From Malacoraja senta (lineage: Eukaryota), in contig CM075992.1 of NCBI GenBank assembly GCA_038087875.1, forward strand, positions 11,720,001-11,784,000: DNA of 64,000 nt, in the 5' to 3' direction. This document shows positions 24,745 through 36,209 of this stretch, in pieces. The notes beneath the pieces are model-generated. The model saw nothing but the letters and a program-made list of their open reading frames with translations, was not told where the DNA came from and ran no database searches. Each line of letters opens with the position of its first letter. Positions within the stretch are counted from its first letter, which is position 1. The translations under genes were made by a program, and so were the position numbers.

Positions 24745-24900
24745 TGGGCTGCACAGGGTGGTAAACTGGCTGGTTCACTGGGTCGATTTACTGGGCCTGC
24801 GCGCTGAGTCAGTATATTGGGTTGGTATACTGGGCCGGTACACTAGGTCATTACACTGGATCAGTGCACTGGGCCAGGACACTTGGTTGGTTGTACACTG
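24745..24900. repeat. About 13-bp degenerate minisatellite (ACACTGG core)
   Basis: Repeated tacactggg-like units. Confidence 0.7.
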
Positions 24901-25100
24901 CAATTTCAGTTTAGTTTATTGTCACGTGTACCGAGGGACAGTGAGAAGCTTTTGTTACATGTTAACCAGCCAGCGGAAAGACAATACATGATTACAATTG
25001 AATCTGTTCACTGTGAGCCATTCACAGTGTGTGGATAAATGATAAGGGAAAAAAGGGATAATGCATTGGTAGGAAGATACATTTCACTAACCACTCAAGT

Positions 25101-25759
25101 TAAAGGCCTGTCGCACGAGTCTGCGGTCATTGGCGGCGAAACAGGAACTATCTACCGCTCCTGGGCCGCCAGAAACCGCGGGCTCGGTCAAACGCACAAT
25201 TCCGGGGCCGTGCGGCGTTGTTCCCAACACCGCACGGTGCTAAAATAAAACCAACACTGTTCAAAAATATTTTCCTACCGCACAGCCGCCGCCATTGATG
25301 CACGAGTGCGGCACGGCCGCCGCCACAGCCGCCGCCAGTGTGGCACGAGTGCGGCACGGCCGCCGCCACAGCCGCCTCCAGTGTGGCACGAGCGCCGTGA
25401 GTAGAACCTTCACCGCCACAGCCTCCGTCAGTGAGGCCCGTGTGCGGCACGGCCGCCGCCACAGCCGCCGCCACAGCGCCGCGATCAGCACGGCCGCCGC
25501 CACAGCGCCGCGATCAGCACGGCCGCCGCCACAGCCCCGCAGATCCGAAATGACGTCATCGCAGTCGGCCCGCCCATTTTTTTTACTTACCGCAAGCTCG
25601 TGGGACCAGCCGTACTTAGATCACTCGGCCCCCGCGCAGTATCCGTGTGGCGTTCCCGCGGCATAGGCTCGGCGCTCTCGCCGTTGCCGTGCGGTCCCTT
25701 CTACCGGCGACGCCACGCTTCACCGCCGATGACCGCAACACCGTGAGACAGAGCCTTTA
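25101..25759. mobile_element. PIF/Harbinger-like MITE with a CpG-rich internal tandem repeat
   Basis: About 38-bp imperfect TIRs (taaaggcctgtcgcacg... / ...cgtgagacagagccttta); TAA/TTA flanks; internal cggccgccgccacagc repeats. Confidence 0.7.
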
Positions 25760-26619
25760 GACTAACTGCCTGTAGTTTCCTATCGTCTCCCTTGCTCCTT
25801 TTCTAAAGTAGCATGGATTCTGTTTGGTCCCCTCCAAAGTGGCAACTCCATTATGTTGAATTCTGGAGACAGCATCAATGCACTCACTATTTTCACTGAC
25901 TTCCGTTGGTCTGTTTCCGTGCTGGATGACGTTCTGTAAGGTTTGTCGTTTATATTGATCAACGACTTCCTCATCACCAGACTGCAATCAGTCCAGATTG
26001 CAACAACACTTGCTCCTCGATGGCCATCAACACAGGGCACCTCAGGGCAGTGAGCTCAATCCCCTGCTCTACTCACTTATTTCTACTGTGAAATTCTTAC
26101 ATGGCAGCCATAACAGCTGTGTAAACACAGAACTCATAGGTAATACAACAAACAAAAGTTCAATAAATTACAAAAAAGCAACATTAGTGCAAAACAAAAA
26201 CTGAAATTACTTGGTGCAATCAAGACAGTTCATAGTTTGTAGTTTAGTTGGAGTTTGTAGTGTTCAAATGCCTGAAGGTTGTTGGGAAGAAGCTGTTCCT
26301 GAACAGCCTGAGGTCATAGTTTCAGACTCCCAAACCTTTTCACAATGGGGGAAGTGAAATGAGAGCGTGGCCAGGTGGTGTGGGTTCTTGATGATACTGG
26401 CTGCCTCTTTGAGGCAACGCCTCCTATAGATCACTTCAATGGTGGGGAGGTCAGTACCCATGATGGACCAGGCTGTGTTCACCATTATTGTGTTCTCCTT
26501 TGTTCCTAGGTGTTCAAATTGCCAAACCAGTCCATAACGCAACCAGTCAACTTCAGGAAAGCTAGGGATCCATGAACCTGTCTTCATTAATGAGGCAACA
26601 GAACAAAGAGTCAACAGCA

Positions 26620-26835
26620 GACACAAAATGCTGGAGCAACTCAGCAGGACAGGCAGCATCTCTGCGGAGGAGGGATAGGTGACATTTTGGGTCGAGACCG
26701 TTCTTTAGACTGAAGGGTCTCGATCCGAAACTTCACCTAGTCCATTTCGCCAGAGATGCTGCCTGTCCCACTGAGTTACTCCAGCATTTTGTGTCTACCT
26801 TCGATTTAAACCAGCATCTGCAGTTCTTTCCTACA
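26620..26835. mobile_element. Palindromic Penelope-derived repeat
   Basis: acacaaaatgctggag...ctccagcattttgtgt arms. Confidence 0.7.
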
Positions 26836-27036
26836 CAAAGTGTCAACAGCTTCAGGTTCCTGGATGTGTGTATCTGTGAAGGCCTGTCCTGGGCCCAGTG
26901 TATTGATGCATCACAAAGAAAACTCATCATTGTCTTTACTTCCTCAGTAGATTGAAGAGATTCCCTATGTTGAATACTTTTTTGAATTCTCTTCTGTGGC
27001 AGAGAGCTCTCTAACATGGAGTTATAGAGTCATACA

Positions 27037-27823
27037 GTGGCGGCGCTGCCTTGCAGCTGCGGCTCGCCTGCAGTCCGTTTGTCTTTTCTTTTTTTGTTTT
27101 CTTTTGTCCCGTTGTTGCGGTTTGTTTTGGTTTATTTTAGTTGTGTATGTGTGGGGGGGTGGGAGAAGCATGTTTTTTGGCTCTTCCTTCGGGGGGATGC
27201 GACCTTTTTTGCCGTATCCCCCGTCTCCGTCTCCGTCTGCGCTGAGGCCTATCGCGGAGCTGGCGGCCATCATCTGGGACCGACCTCGGGGCTCGGGAGG
27301 CAGAGCTGGCCGACTTCGGGGCTGTGGTGGCGTTGCGACCCGACTTCCGACCCGACTTCGGAGCCTCTGAGGCTCGGCGAGGGCCAGTGGACGACATTGT
27401 CGGGAGCTCGCAGGTCACAGGTTGGTGACCTGTTTTTCCGTAGCTCCCGCAACAACAGCTGCGTCCGCTGGACTGGAGAGAGGCAGCTTCGGCAGCTTCG
27501 ACCGCCCTGGGCCGCGGAGTTTGAACGGGCCCGTTCGGATTCAGCCGCGGGACTTACTTACCATCACCCGGCGGGGTCACAACATCGGAGGCCTGGATCG
27601 CCTCAGCGCAGAGGGAGAGCAAGGAGGGAAGAGACATGGACTTTGGGACTTTTTGCCTTCCATCACAGTGAGGAGGTGCCTGGTGGACTCACTGTGGTGG
27701 ATGTTAAACTGTGTTGAGTGTGTATTTTTGTAATTTATTCTACGTTATGACTGCAGGATAAACCATTTCGTTGCACTGAAAAGTGCAATGACAATAAATT
27801 GAATCAAAATCAAATCAAATCAA
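27037..27823 (+). mobile_element. GC-rich non-coding retroelement with L2-type tail
   Basis: Splits a CR1 tail with an ATACA duplication; ends tgacaataaa plus (aatca)n. Confidence 0.65.
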
Positions 27824-27909
27824 ATACAACATGGAAACAGGGCCTTCGGCCCAAGAGCATATTTCAAACAACTTGCTTCATCTGCACTAGTCCCATGAGC
27901 CAGTGATAA

Positions 27910-28690
27910 CAGAAAATAGACAAGAGGTGCAGGAGTAGGCCATTCGGCCCTTTGTGCTAGCACCACCATTCAGTGTGATCATGGCTGATCATCCAAAATC
28001 AGTACCCCGTTCCTGCCTTCTCCCCATATCCCCTGACTCCACTATCCTCAAGGGCCCTATCTAGCTCTCTCTTGAAAGTATCCAGAGAACTGGCCTCCAC
28101 CATCCTCTGAGGCAGAGAATTCCACACTCACAACTCTCTGTGTGAAAAAGTTGTTCCTTATCTCCGTTCTAAATGTCTTACCCCTTATTCTTAAACTGTG
28201 GCCGCTGGTTCTGGACTCCCCAACATCGGAAACATGTTTCCTGCTTCTAGCGTGTCCAATCCCTGAATAATCTTATATGTTTCAATAAGATCCCTTCTCA
28301 TCCTTCTAAATTCCAGAGTATACAAGCCCAGATGCTCCATTCTATCAACATATTACAGTCCCGCCATCCCGGGAATTAACCTGGTGAACCAACGCTGCAC
28401 TCCCTCAATAGCAAGAATGTCCTTCCTCAAATTTGGAGACCAAAACCGCACACAATATGTCAGGCGTGGTCTCACTAGGGCCCTGTACCACTGCAGAAGG
28501 ATCTCTTTGCTCCTATACTCAACTCCTCTTGTTATGAAGGCCAACATGCCATTCGCTTTCTTCACTGCCTGCTGTACCTGCATGCTTGCTTTCAGTGACT
28601 GATGAACAAGGCCCCCAGATCCCGTTGTACTTTCCATTTTCCGAACTTGACACCATTTAGGTAATAATCTGCCTTCCTGTTTTTGCCACT
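27910..28690 (-). mobile_element. CR1 3' fragment
   Basis: QQAVKKANGMLAFITRG...VRFWSPNLRKD. Confidence 0.85.
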
Positions 28691-29149
28691 TTACCCTCCT
28701 CTAAATCTTTCCCTTCCATGGCATATACATATAGTTATGTTTCCTGCCTCAACTACCTCCTCTGGCAGCTTGTTCCATATACCCACCATCCTCTGTGTAG
28801 AAAAAAATTGCCCTCAGGTTCCTATTGAATGTTTGCCTTCTCACCTTAAACCTATGTCATCTGGTTCTTGATTCCCATATTCTAGATAAAAGACTATGTG
28901 TTCATCCTAATTAAACTCCATTGGTCCACTTACCCAGATGATTATTGACAACCGTATTTACTATATGATACCACCTATTTTAATGGCATCTTCAAACTTC
29001 CTAATCATGCCTTGCATATTCTCATACAAATTGTTAATATAAACTACAAACAGAATGGGCCCCTCATCGATCCGTGAGGCACACACTCCCTGATCATACC
29101 CACAAAACCAATTCTATATCCAGTTAGACTCAAAAGGCTGGGGTAATTT

Positions 29150-29345
29150 CGCGAGTCAAACCGCATCTCTGGAGAAAAGGAATAGGTGACGTTTCGGGTC
29201 CAGTGTGAAAAAGGGTCTCGACCCGAAACGTCACCCGAAACGTCGCCTATTCCTTTTCTCCAGAAATGCTGTCTGACCCGCTGAGTTACTCCAGCTTTTT
29301 GTGTTTAACTTTGGTTTAAACCAGCATCTGCAGTTCCTTCTTACA
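29150..29345. mobile_element. Palindromic Penelope-derived repeat inside a CR1
   Basis: ggaataggtgacgtttcgggtc / gacccgaaacgtc...cctattcc arms. Confidence 0.7.
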
Positions 29346-30432
29346 CATTCTATATCCAGTTAGCTGGCTCTCCCTGGATCCCACGTTATCGAACCTTCCA
29401 GTGAAGCCTACGATGGAGAACCTTAGACGAGGCCCTGCTAAAGTCCATAGAGACTATTGATACAACTCTGCCCCCAACCTTGGTTATTTCATTAAAAAAA
29501 TCAAAAACAACCCCCACCATTCCAAATGCATCTTATCCCTCAAAATCCTCTCCTGTAACTTACCTACCACAGATGTTAACTTCATTAGTCTACAGTTCCA
29601 AGGTTTTTCTTTGCTGCTCTTTTTAAATAGTGGCACAACATTAGCCACCTTCAAGTCTTCTGGCACCTCACCCTTGTCTAATGATGATTTATATATCTTA
29701 GCCAGGGCTCTTGCAGTTTAATCTTCAGCATCCCAATGTATCCTTGTATATATCTGATTAGCACCAGGAGAGTTATCTACCTTCATACGTCATAGGATGT
29801 TTAGCCCTTCCTTGACTGTAATGCAACTGTCCATTAAGTTTCAAAGCTCCCAAGTGTTCATAAAACACAGATCAGTGCAGCACAAGGACAGGCCCTTCGT
29901 TACATGATGTCTGTGCTGAGCATGATGCCAAGACTATCCCTTATCTATCTGCGAATAATCCATATCCCTCCATTCCCTGCATATCCATATCTCCAGTCAA
30001 AAGCCTCATAAATGCCATTATTGTATCTGCCTCAACCACCGACCCTGGCAGTGCAATCCAGGCACTAACCACCCTCTGTGTAAAACAAAAGTTGCCCAGT
30101 GGATCTGCTTTAAATTTTGCCCTTTCACCTAAAAGCTATGCTCTCTAGTATTTGATTTCTTTCATCCTGGGACAAAGGTTCTGACTGCCTGCCCTATCTA
30201 TGCCTCTCATCATTTTATGTACATCCATCAGGTTTTCCCGCAGCCTCGGCATCCAGAGAAAACAATCCAAGTCTGTCCAACATCTCCATGTAGCTAATAC
30301 CCCCTAATCCTGGCAACAATCTGGTAAACTTCCTTTGCCCCCTTTCCAAAGCCTCCACATCGTTCCTGCAATAGGGCGACTAGAAATGCACACAATATTC
30401 CAAATGTGGCCTCACCAAAGTCCTATGAACTG

Positions 30433-31316
30433 GTGGGGGGGGCGCAGTCCTGTAGGTGTGGGGGGGGGGGGGGGGGCACCGTCCTGTATGGGTATGGCTG
30501 CCCAGCCTGCAGCTGTCTGTTTTCTCATCTCTTTTTTAAAATTTTTAGTGAGTCAAGTGTTTTGTTTTTGGAGGTCTATTCTTTTTTATGTGGGGGGTGG
30601 GGGAGGGGGGGTAAGGGGAAAACTGCTTTTCAGGGTCCTACCTGGTCGGGGAGGCGGCTTCCACCGAGCAGCAACTTTGACCCATCCTCGCGGCCTACCA
30701 TCGGGGCCTGGAACGGCGTTTCCTGTCGGGAACGGCCAGAACCTCGGCTTCGGGGGCAGCACATCGCTGGAGCGCTATCGCGGAGCGGGCGATGCCTTGC
30801 CCGGGTCACCGCGCTGGAACTCCGGTATGCTGGGACCGCCGATAAAAACATCGCGGAACTGCGGGCCTGTCGAGCGGCCAGCTGCGGGCGGCGGCGCAGA
30901 ACTTTACATCGGGAGCCTGGGATATCTTGCCGAGATCACCAGTGGTGGAGCTCCATCCAGCGCGGCCTGTCGGCTTCGGAAGCCGCGGTCTCAGGCAAGG
31001 AAGCGGCCGTTTCCAGTCATCCCAAGCCGCTGAGAGGATTATCCCGAAGCCGGAGCACCATCATCCGGCGAGAAGGGCCTGGAATATCGGGCCTCTATAA
31101 AGGCCTCAATAGGCCCGACAATGGGTGGACAAGGGGATGAGGACTGGACTTTGTGTCTTCCCTCATAATGGGAACCATTGGGGGGGGGGATGATTTTATG
31201 TTTAAATTTCTTTATTATTGTTATGTTGTATTGTTTTTAATGTGCTGCAAATTGCAATCCGCATTTCACTACACCAATTGGTGTATGTGACAATAATGAA
31301 CCTTTGAACCCTTTGA
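30433..31316 (+). mobile_element. GC-rich non-coding retroelement with L2-type tail
   Basis: Interrupts a minus-strand CR1; tgacaataa plus (cctttgaa)n tail; layout like 27037-27823. Confidence 0.6.
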
Positions 31317-31639
31317 AGCTGTACCATGATTTCCTGAGTCTTATACCCAATGCCTGACCTATGAGGAGACAAACGTGGTCGATAAGGGTAGGGTGGCGGA
31401 TGTTGTCTACATGGATTTTAGTAAGGTGAACTTGCACTTGGGCATTGTCTTCAGTTTAGGAAAGATTTCATTAAGCTGACGCAAGATAACAAAGTGGGTT
31501 TATGAAGATGTTGTTGAGACCCAAGTTCTAGAGCTACAGAGAGAGTTGGGCAGGCTAGGGCCTTAATCCTTGGAGGACAGGAGGCTGACGGATGATCTTA
31601 CAGAGATGTATAAGGTCATGGGGAGAAGATAGAGTGAAT

Positions 31640-31925
31640 GTTTAGTTGAGTTTAGAGAAACAGCATGGAAACAGGCCCTTCAGCTCACCGAGTCCACATC
31701 GACCATCGATCATCCCTACGCTAATCCTATGTTATACTACACACTAGGTGGAATTTACAGAAGCCATTCACGAACGTCTTTGGAATGTGGTTGGAAACCG
31801 GAGCACCCACATGGTCACAGGGAGAACGTACAAACTCCACAGAGACAGCACTCGTTGTCAGGATTGAACCTGGGTTTCCGGCGCTGTGAGGCAACAGCTC
31901 TAACGCTGCGTCACTGTGCTACCCC
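31640..31925 (-). mobile_element. HE1/V-SINE-like SINE
   Basis: Reverse complement B-box ggattgaacc; tttagag tail. Confidence 0.75.
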
Positions 31926-33169
31926 TGCACAGTTTTTTTTCCATCAGGCATTTGACAACTAGAAAGCTTAGGTTTAAGGACGGATGGGAAAGAGTTAATA
32001 GGAAACTGAAGGACAATGCTTTCACACAGAGGGTGCTGGATATATGGAACAAACTGCCAGAGGAAGTGGCGAGGCAGCATTTATGAAGCTCAATGTCCTT
32101 TTATAAACTGTGCTGGGTTGTAGCAGGCACCTGCTGCTGACCACGGTTCAGTACAATATGGGCGAGGACAACTTTCTCTCACTGGCCTTCTCTATCTCTA
32201 CAGCTGAGTTGGTTTGTGCGCACGTGTGGTTTTCACCAGTTCTGCTCTGACAGCTCTATATCTATGGTCTATTTTGAGATGCGGAGAAAGTGATGTTATC
32301 ATCCTGGGTGGACCAAACCATACACTAAATGAAACTTGCTACTTGCTGTAAAATCTTACAGATCGCTTCGAGAATGCAGAAAAAATGAAATAACAAGTAC
32401 TGAACCAGATCCTTTTATGATTCATCATGTTGCAGAATGACAACACATATCTTCATATATGTAGTACAGCTGATGTATAGAAACATTTCTGAATCACTCA
32501 CAGTAGAATTAAAGTAGTTCAACAATGTTTCTCACAGATCTTGGGACAGTTCAAGTCATGGAGTCGTAGAGTCGTACAGCACGGAAACTGGCCCTTCAGC
32601 CCAACTTCCCCATGAGTACCCAGATGCCCTATCTGCACTTGTTCGCATTTGGTCCATGTCCCTCGAAACCTTTCCTATCCAGGTATCTGTCTAAATTTTG
32701 TTCAAATGTTGTTACAGTATCTGCCTCAACTACCCCTCTGGCAGTCCAGTCTGCTCCATATATCTACCTCTGTCTGTATGAAAAAGTTGCCTTCCAGATT
32801 CCTATTAAATGCCCTCTAATCTGAAAATGATGTCCTCTGGTTTTTGATTCCACTACTCTGGGGAAAAGACTCTGTGTATTCACCTCTATTTCCCCCATGA
32901 TCTTATACACCTCCATAAGATCACCCTTCAGCCTCCTGCGTTCCAAGGAATCAAATCCGAGCCTGCCCAACTTCCCTCCATAGCTCAGGCCTCCAAGTCC
33001 TGGCATCACCCTTGTAAATCCTCTCTGCACTCTTTCCACCTTAACAACATCGATCCTATGCTGACAAAAACTGAACACAACTCTCCAAATGTGGCCACAC
33101 CAACATCTTGAACAATTGTAATATAGACACTGTCCCCTACTGCCAATTTATCTTTAAATCAGCTCCCAA

Positions 33170-33940
33170 GAGGAGGCTTTCCATCCTAGGATATCCGAGA
33201 TGTCCTCTTTCTGTCGTAAATGTGGATTCCCCCTGCTGTCATAGACAGATCCCTCACCTGCGCCTCCTCAGTGTCCCTTAGTTTTGCTCTTCCCTCTCCT
33301 TCTCCCCAGACTGAACAAGAATAGAGTTTCCCTGGTCCTCACCTTTCACACCACCAGCTTCAACATCCAACACATATTTTTCTGACATTTCCACCACCTC
33401 CAATGTGATCCCATGTAGTTACATCTTCCCATCTCCACCCCTTTCTTCCTTCCACAGATACAGCTCCCTCTTCTATTCCTTGGTTCACTCATCCCTTCCC
33501 ACCCAAATCACCCGCTTCCCAGGTACCTTCCCTGTAACAGCAGGAGATGTAACACCTGTCCCTATAGCTCTTCCCTCACATCAACCCTGGACCCCAGCAA
33601 TCCTTCCAGTTGAGATAAAGTTGAGTCATGTGACCAACCTCATCTTCTGTGTGTAGGAAGAAACTGCAGATGCTGATACACAAAATCATCACCCATTTCT
33701 TCTTTCCAGAGATGCTGTCTGTCCCGCTGAGTTACTCCAGCTTTTTGTGTCTAATTCTCTGTGTTCCAGATGTGGCCTCCTTTACATCGGCGAGACCAAG
33801 TGTAGAATCGTTTGACTGTTTCGCTGAACACTTGCGCTCGTATTAAACCATGGCCTACTGGATTTCCCAGTTGCTAATCATTTTATCTCCCCTTCTTGTT
33901 CCTACACTGACCTTTCTGTCCTGGGCCTCCTCTATCGCCA
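33170..33940 (+). mobile_element. Penelope-like element fragment (GIY-YIG endonuclease)
   Basis: RVSLVLTFH, PGTFPCNSRRCNTCP, CSRCGLLYIGETK and FAEHLRS remnants. Confidence 0.85.
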
Positions 33941-34313
33941 TCTGGTTCTTGATTCCCCTATGCTAGATAAAATACTATGTACTCATCCTAATTTTACTTC
34001 GGAGTTACGTGAGTGATTACGTCAATCGGCATGCGCGTCATTACATCTGTCGCATGGCGCAGAGACCAGCTCGGAGGACAGAGCTCCTCCAGCGGTAAGT
34101 TTAAAAAGCCTCAGGTAAGTGTTAAACTTAGTGTGAGGTCGGGCTTCTGCGCTTGTTAATTCTTGTTGCAGGAGGTCAAGTCCAAGCATGGAGAAGTCGT
34201 TGCGAGCAAAGCGAGTCGTTTAGAAAATTACCAAGGACCGCGGGATTGCGGGTAGCGGACGTCCGCCTAGCTCATCTACTGAGTCGCCAGTTGTTAAACC
34301 AGCGACCGCAGGC

Positions 34314-35350
34314 TTGGGGTCTGAGGACACCAGGGCTACGCCGGTAGGGCGTAAGGCCACCAGCAATTCTGCACGGCCGATAGACTCGGACGAGTCCGGT
34401 CGGGAAGGTTCTCCTCCAGGAAGAGATACCGTGTATGGGTGGTTATCGACAGTGGAGCACCTGTTGGGGAGGATGCTCCATCAAGAGCACAGGTCTCTCC
34501 AAGAGCCAGCGCCAGCAGCGCCTATTACAGGGCTGCCTAATGTCTCCCTCAAGGAGGAGGTGAGCATTCTGGGTCAGAACAAATCTGACGCCGACTCTGA
34601 GGGGTTAGCATTGGAGGCTGCCCCGAGGGACGAAAGTCATGAGCTGGAGGTCCCATTCCTGGCAGCGAGATTTGCCGTCCTGACAGATTCGGGAGAGCCG
34701 CTGGGTGAGGATTTGGCTGCCACAATAAATTATCTAGCCTCACACCAGCTCCAGGAGCTCACTATGGATGCAACAGCCCGGAGATATGATACACCGGCTA
34801 ATTGTATTTGGCTGAACATGCCAGCAGTAAATCATGCCATCTGGGGCCGCATGGGAGTAGGCATCAGGGCACCGGAGATTAAGTTGCAGAGGGTACTGAA
34901 GCTACTGGCTTCCGGCATTATGGCGTTTGGGAGGTCGGTGGATGGGGGGAACCGGTTTGAGATTCAGCAGGGTGCCCTGGCTCTCATGTGCATTGGGCAC
35001 TTTGAGATAAACTGCCTTAGAAAGAGCGCCATCAGCCCTACGATTAATCCGAAATTCGCTGCCCTCTGTACGCCCAGCAACGTCCAGCCCCCAAATCTTT
35101 TATTTGGAGAACACCTCGCGAAGTGGGTGAAGGAATTGGACGACGAGGCAAAGACTGTGGGGCTCATTAAAGTGCCAATCACCGGCAGACCCGTGCGGAG
35201 GCAGCAGCACTACAAGCGGTTTGCCGAAACCGGGGCCAGGCAAGGACTAAGTCGGCCATTCAATGTGCGCAACTGCCACACTCCTGCAGGAGCACGAACA
35301 ACTATGCCGTTTCCCACCAGAGCCAGGGGACAAAAAACTCCACTGGTAAC
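34314..35350 (+). pseudogene. DIRS gag-like ORF
   Basis: PANC..LNMPAVNHAIW...KLQRVLK...LRKSAISP..NPKF..LC...LLFG; runs in frame into the pol N-terminus. Confidence 0.75.
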
Positions 35351-35351
35351 C

Positions 35352-36209
35352 ATGGAGGTAGGTGGGTCTGGTGCTTGTAGAAACTTATTCAGTGAGAGTT
35401 ACCTACCAACTGGGGGGAGGTTACACTGGTTTCTAAAAGAATGGTATTGGATAACATCCGAATTGTTTATACTGCAAGCGATACAGGGGTTTAAAATTGA
35501 ACTAATTTCTAATTTGTGTCCACCTACACAACATTCACTGAGGAGGGCACTTGTTTTCTCACAAAAAGAGAATTTGGAGGTTCAGGCTGAAATTCAGAAA
35601 TTGTATCTCAAAGGTGTAATTGAAAAGACAGATTGGCAACCTCACCAATTTGTATCTAACATTTTCCTAGACCAAAGACAGATGGTGGTAGTCGGATCAT
35701 TTTGGACCTGATGGACCTTAATCCGTTTGTGCAGTATAGGCATTTCAAGATGGAAACTGTTGCCACTGCCAAGCAATTGGTTTCCAGAGGGTGTTATATG
35801 GCATGTATAGATCTTAAGGATGCATATTACTCAGTGCCTGTTCATAAAGACCAACGGAGGAATTTGAAATTTAGTTGGATGAGGCAGTTGTGGCAAGTTA
35901 AAGCACTGCCTAATGGGTTAACCTCAGCCCCTAGATTATTTACAAAACTGCTGAAACCAGCATTGGGGCTACTCCGGGTTCAAGGTCATATTGTAATGGC
36001 TTATTTAGATGATATCTTAATAATTAGGGAACTCGGGAAGCAGCTGGGTTATCTGTTTCCGCTGTTAAACTCATGTTTGAGAGTCTGGGGTTTCTAAGTC
36101 ATCCAACTAAATCAAATTTGATACCGGTTAAAGTTATTGATTATCTGGGCTTCACAGTTAATTCAACTCACATGTCTGTAACTCTACCCAAGGGCAAGAG
36201 ATTAGATTT
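35352..36209 (+). pseudogene. DIRS reverse transcriptase, 5' part (frameshifted)
   Basis: GGRLHWF, HFKMET, IDLKDAYYSVP, LPNGLTSAPRLFTK, YLDD. Confidence 0.9.

Noticed and set aside
30335..31140. Overlapping 232-aa and 244-aa ORFs (also 27037-27717 and 25148-25666)
   Set aside because: Stop-poor GC-rich repeats open in several frames, with no protein motifs.
34314..35711. Novel 465-aa host gene or true gag-pol fusion
   Set aside because: It is DIRS gag running into the pol N-terminus; the fusion may be a copy-specific frameshift, and downstream frames are broken.
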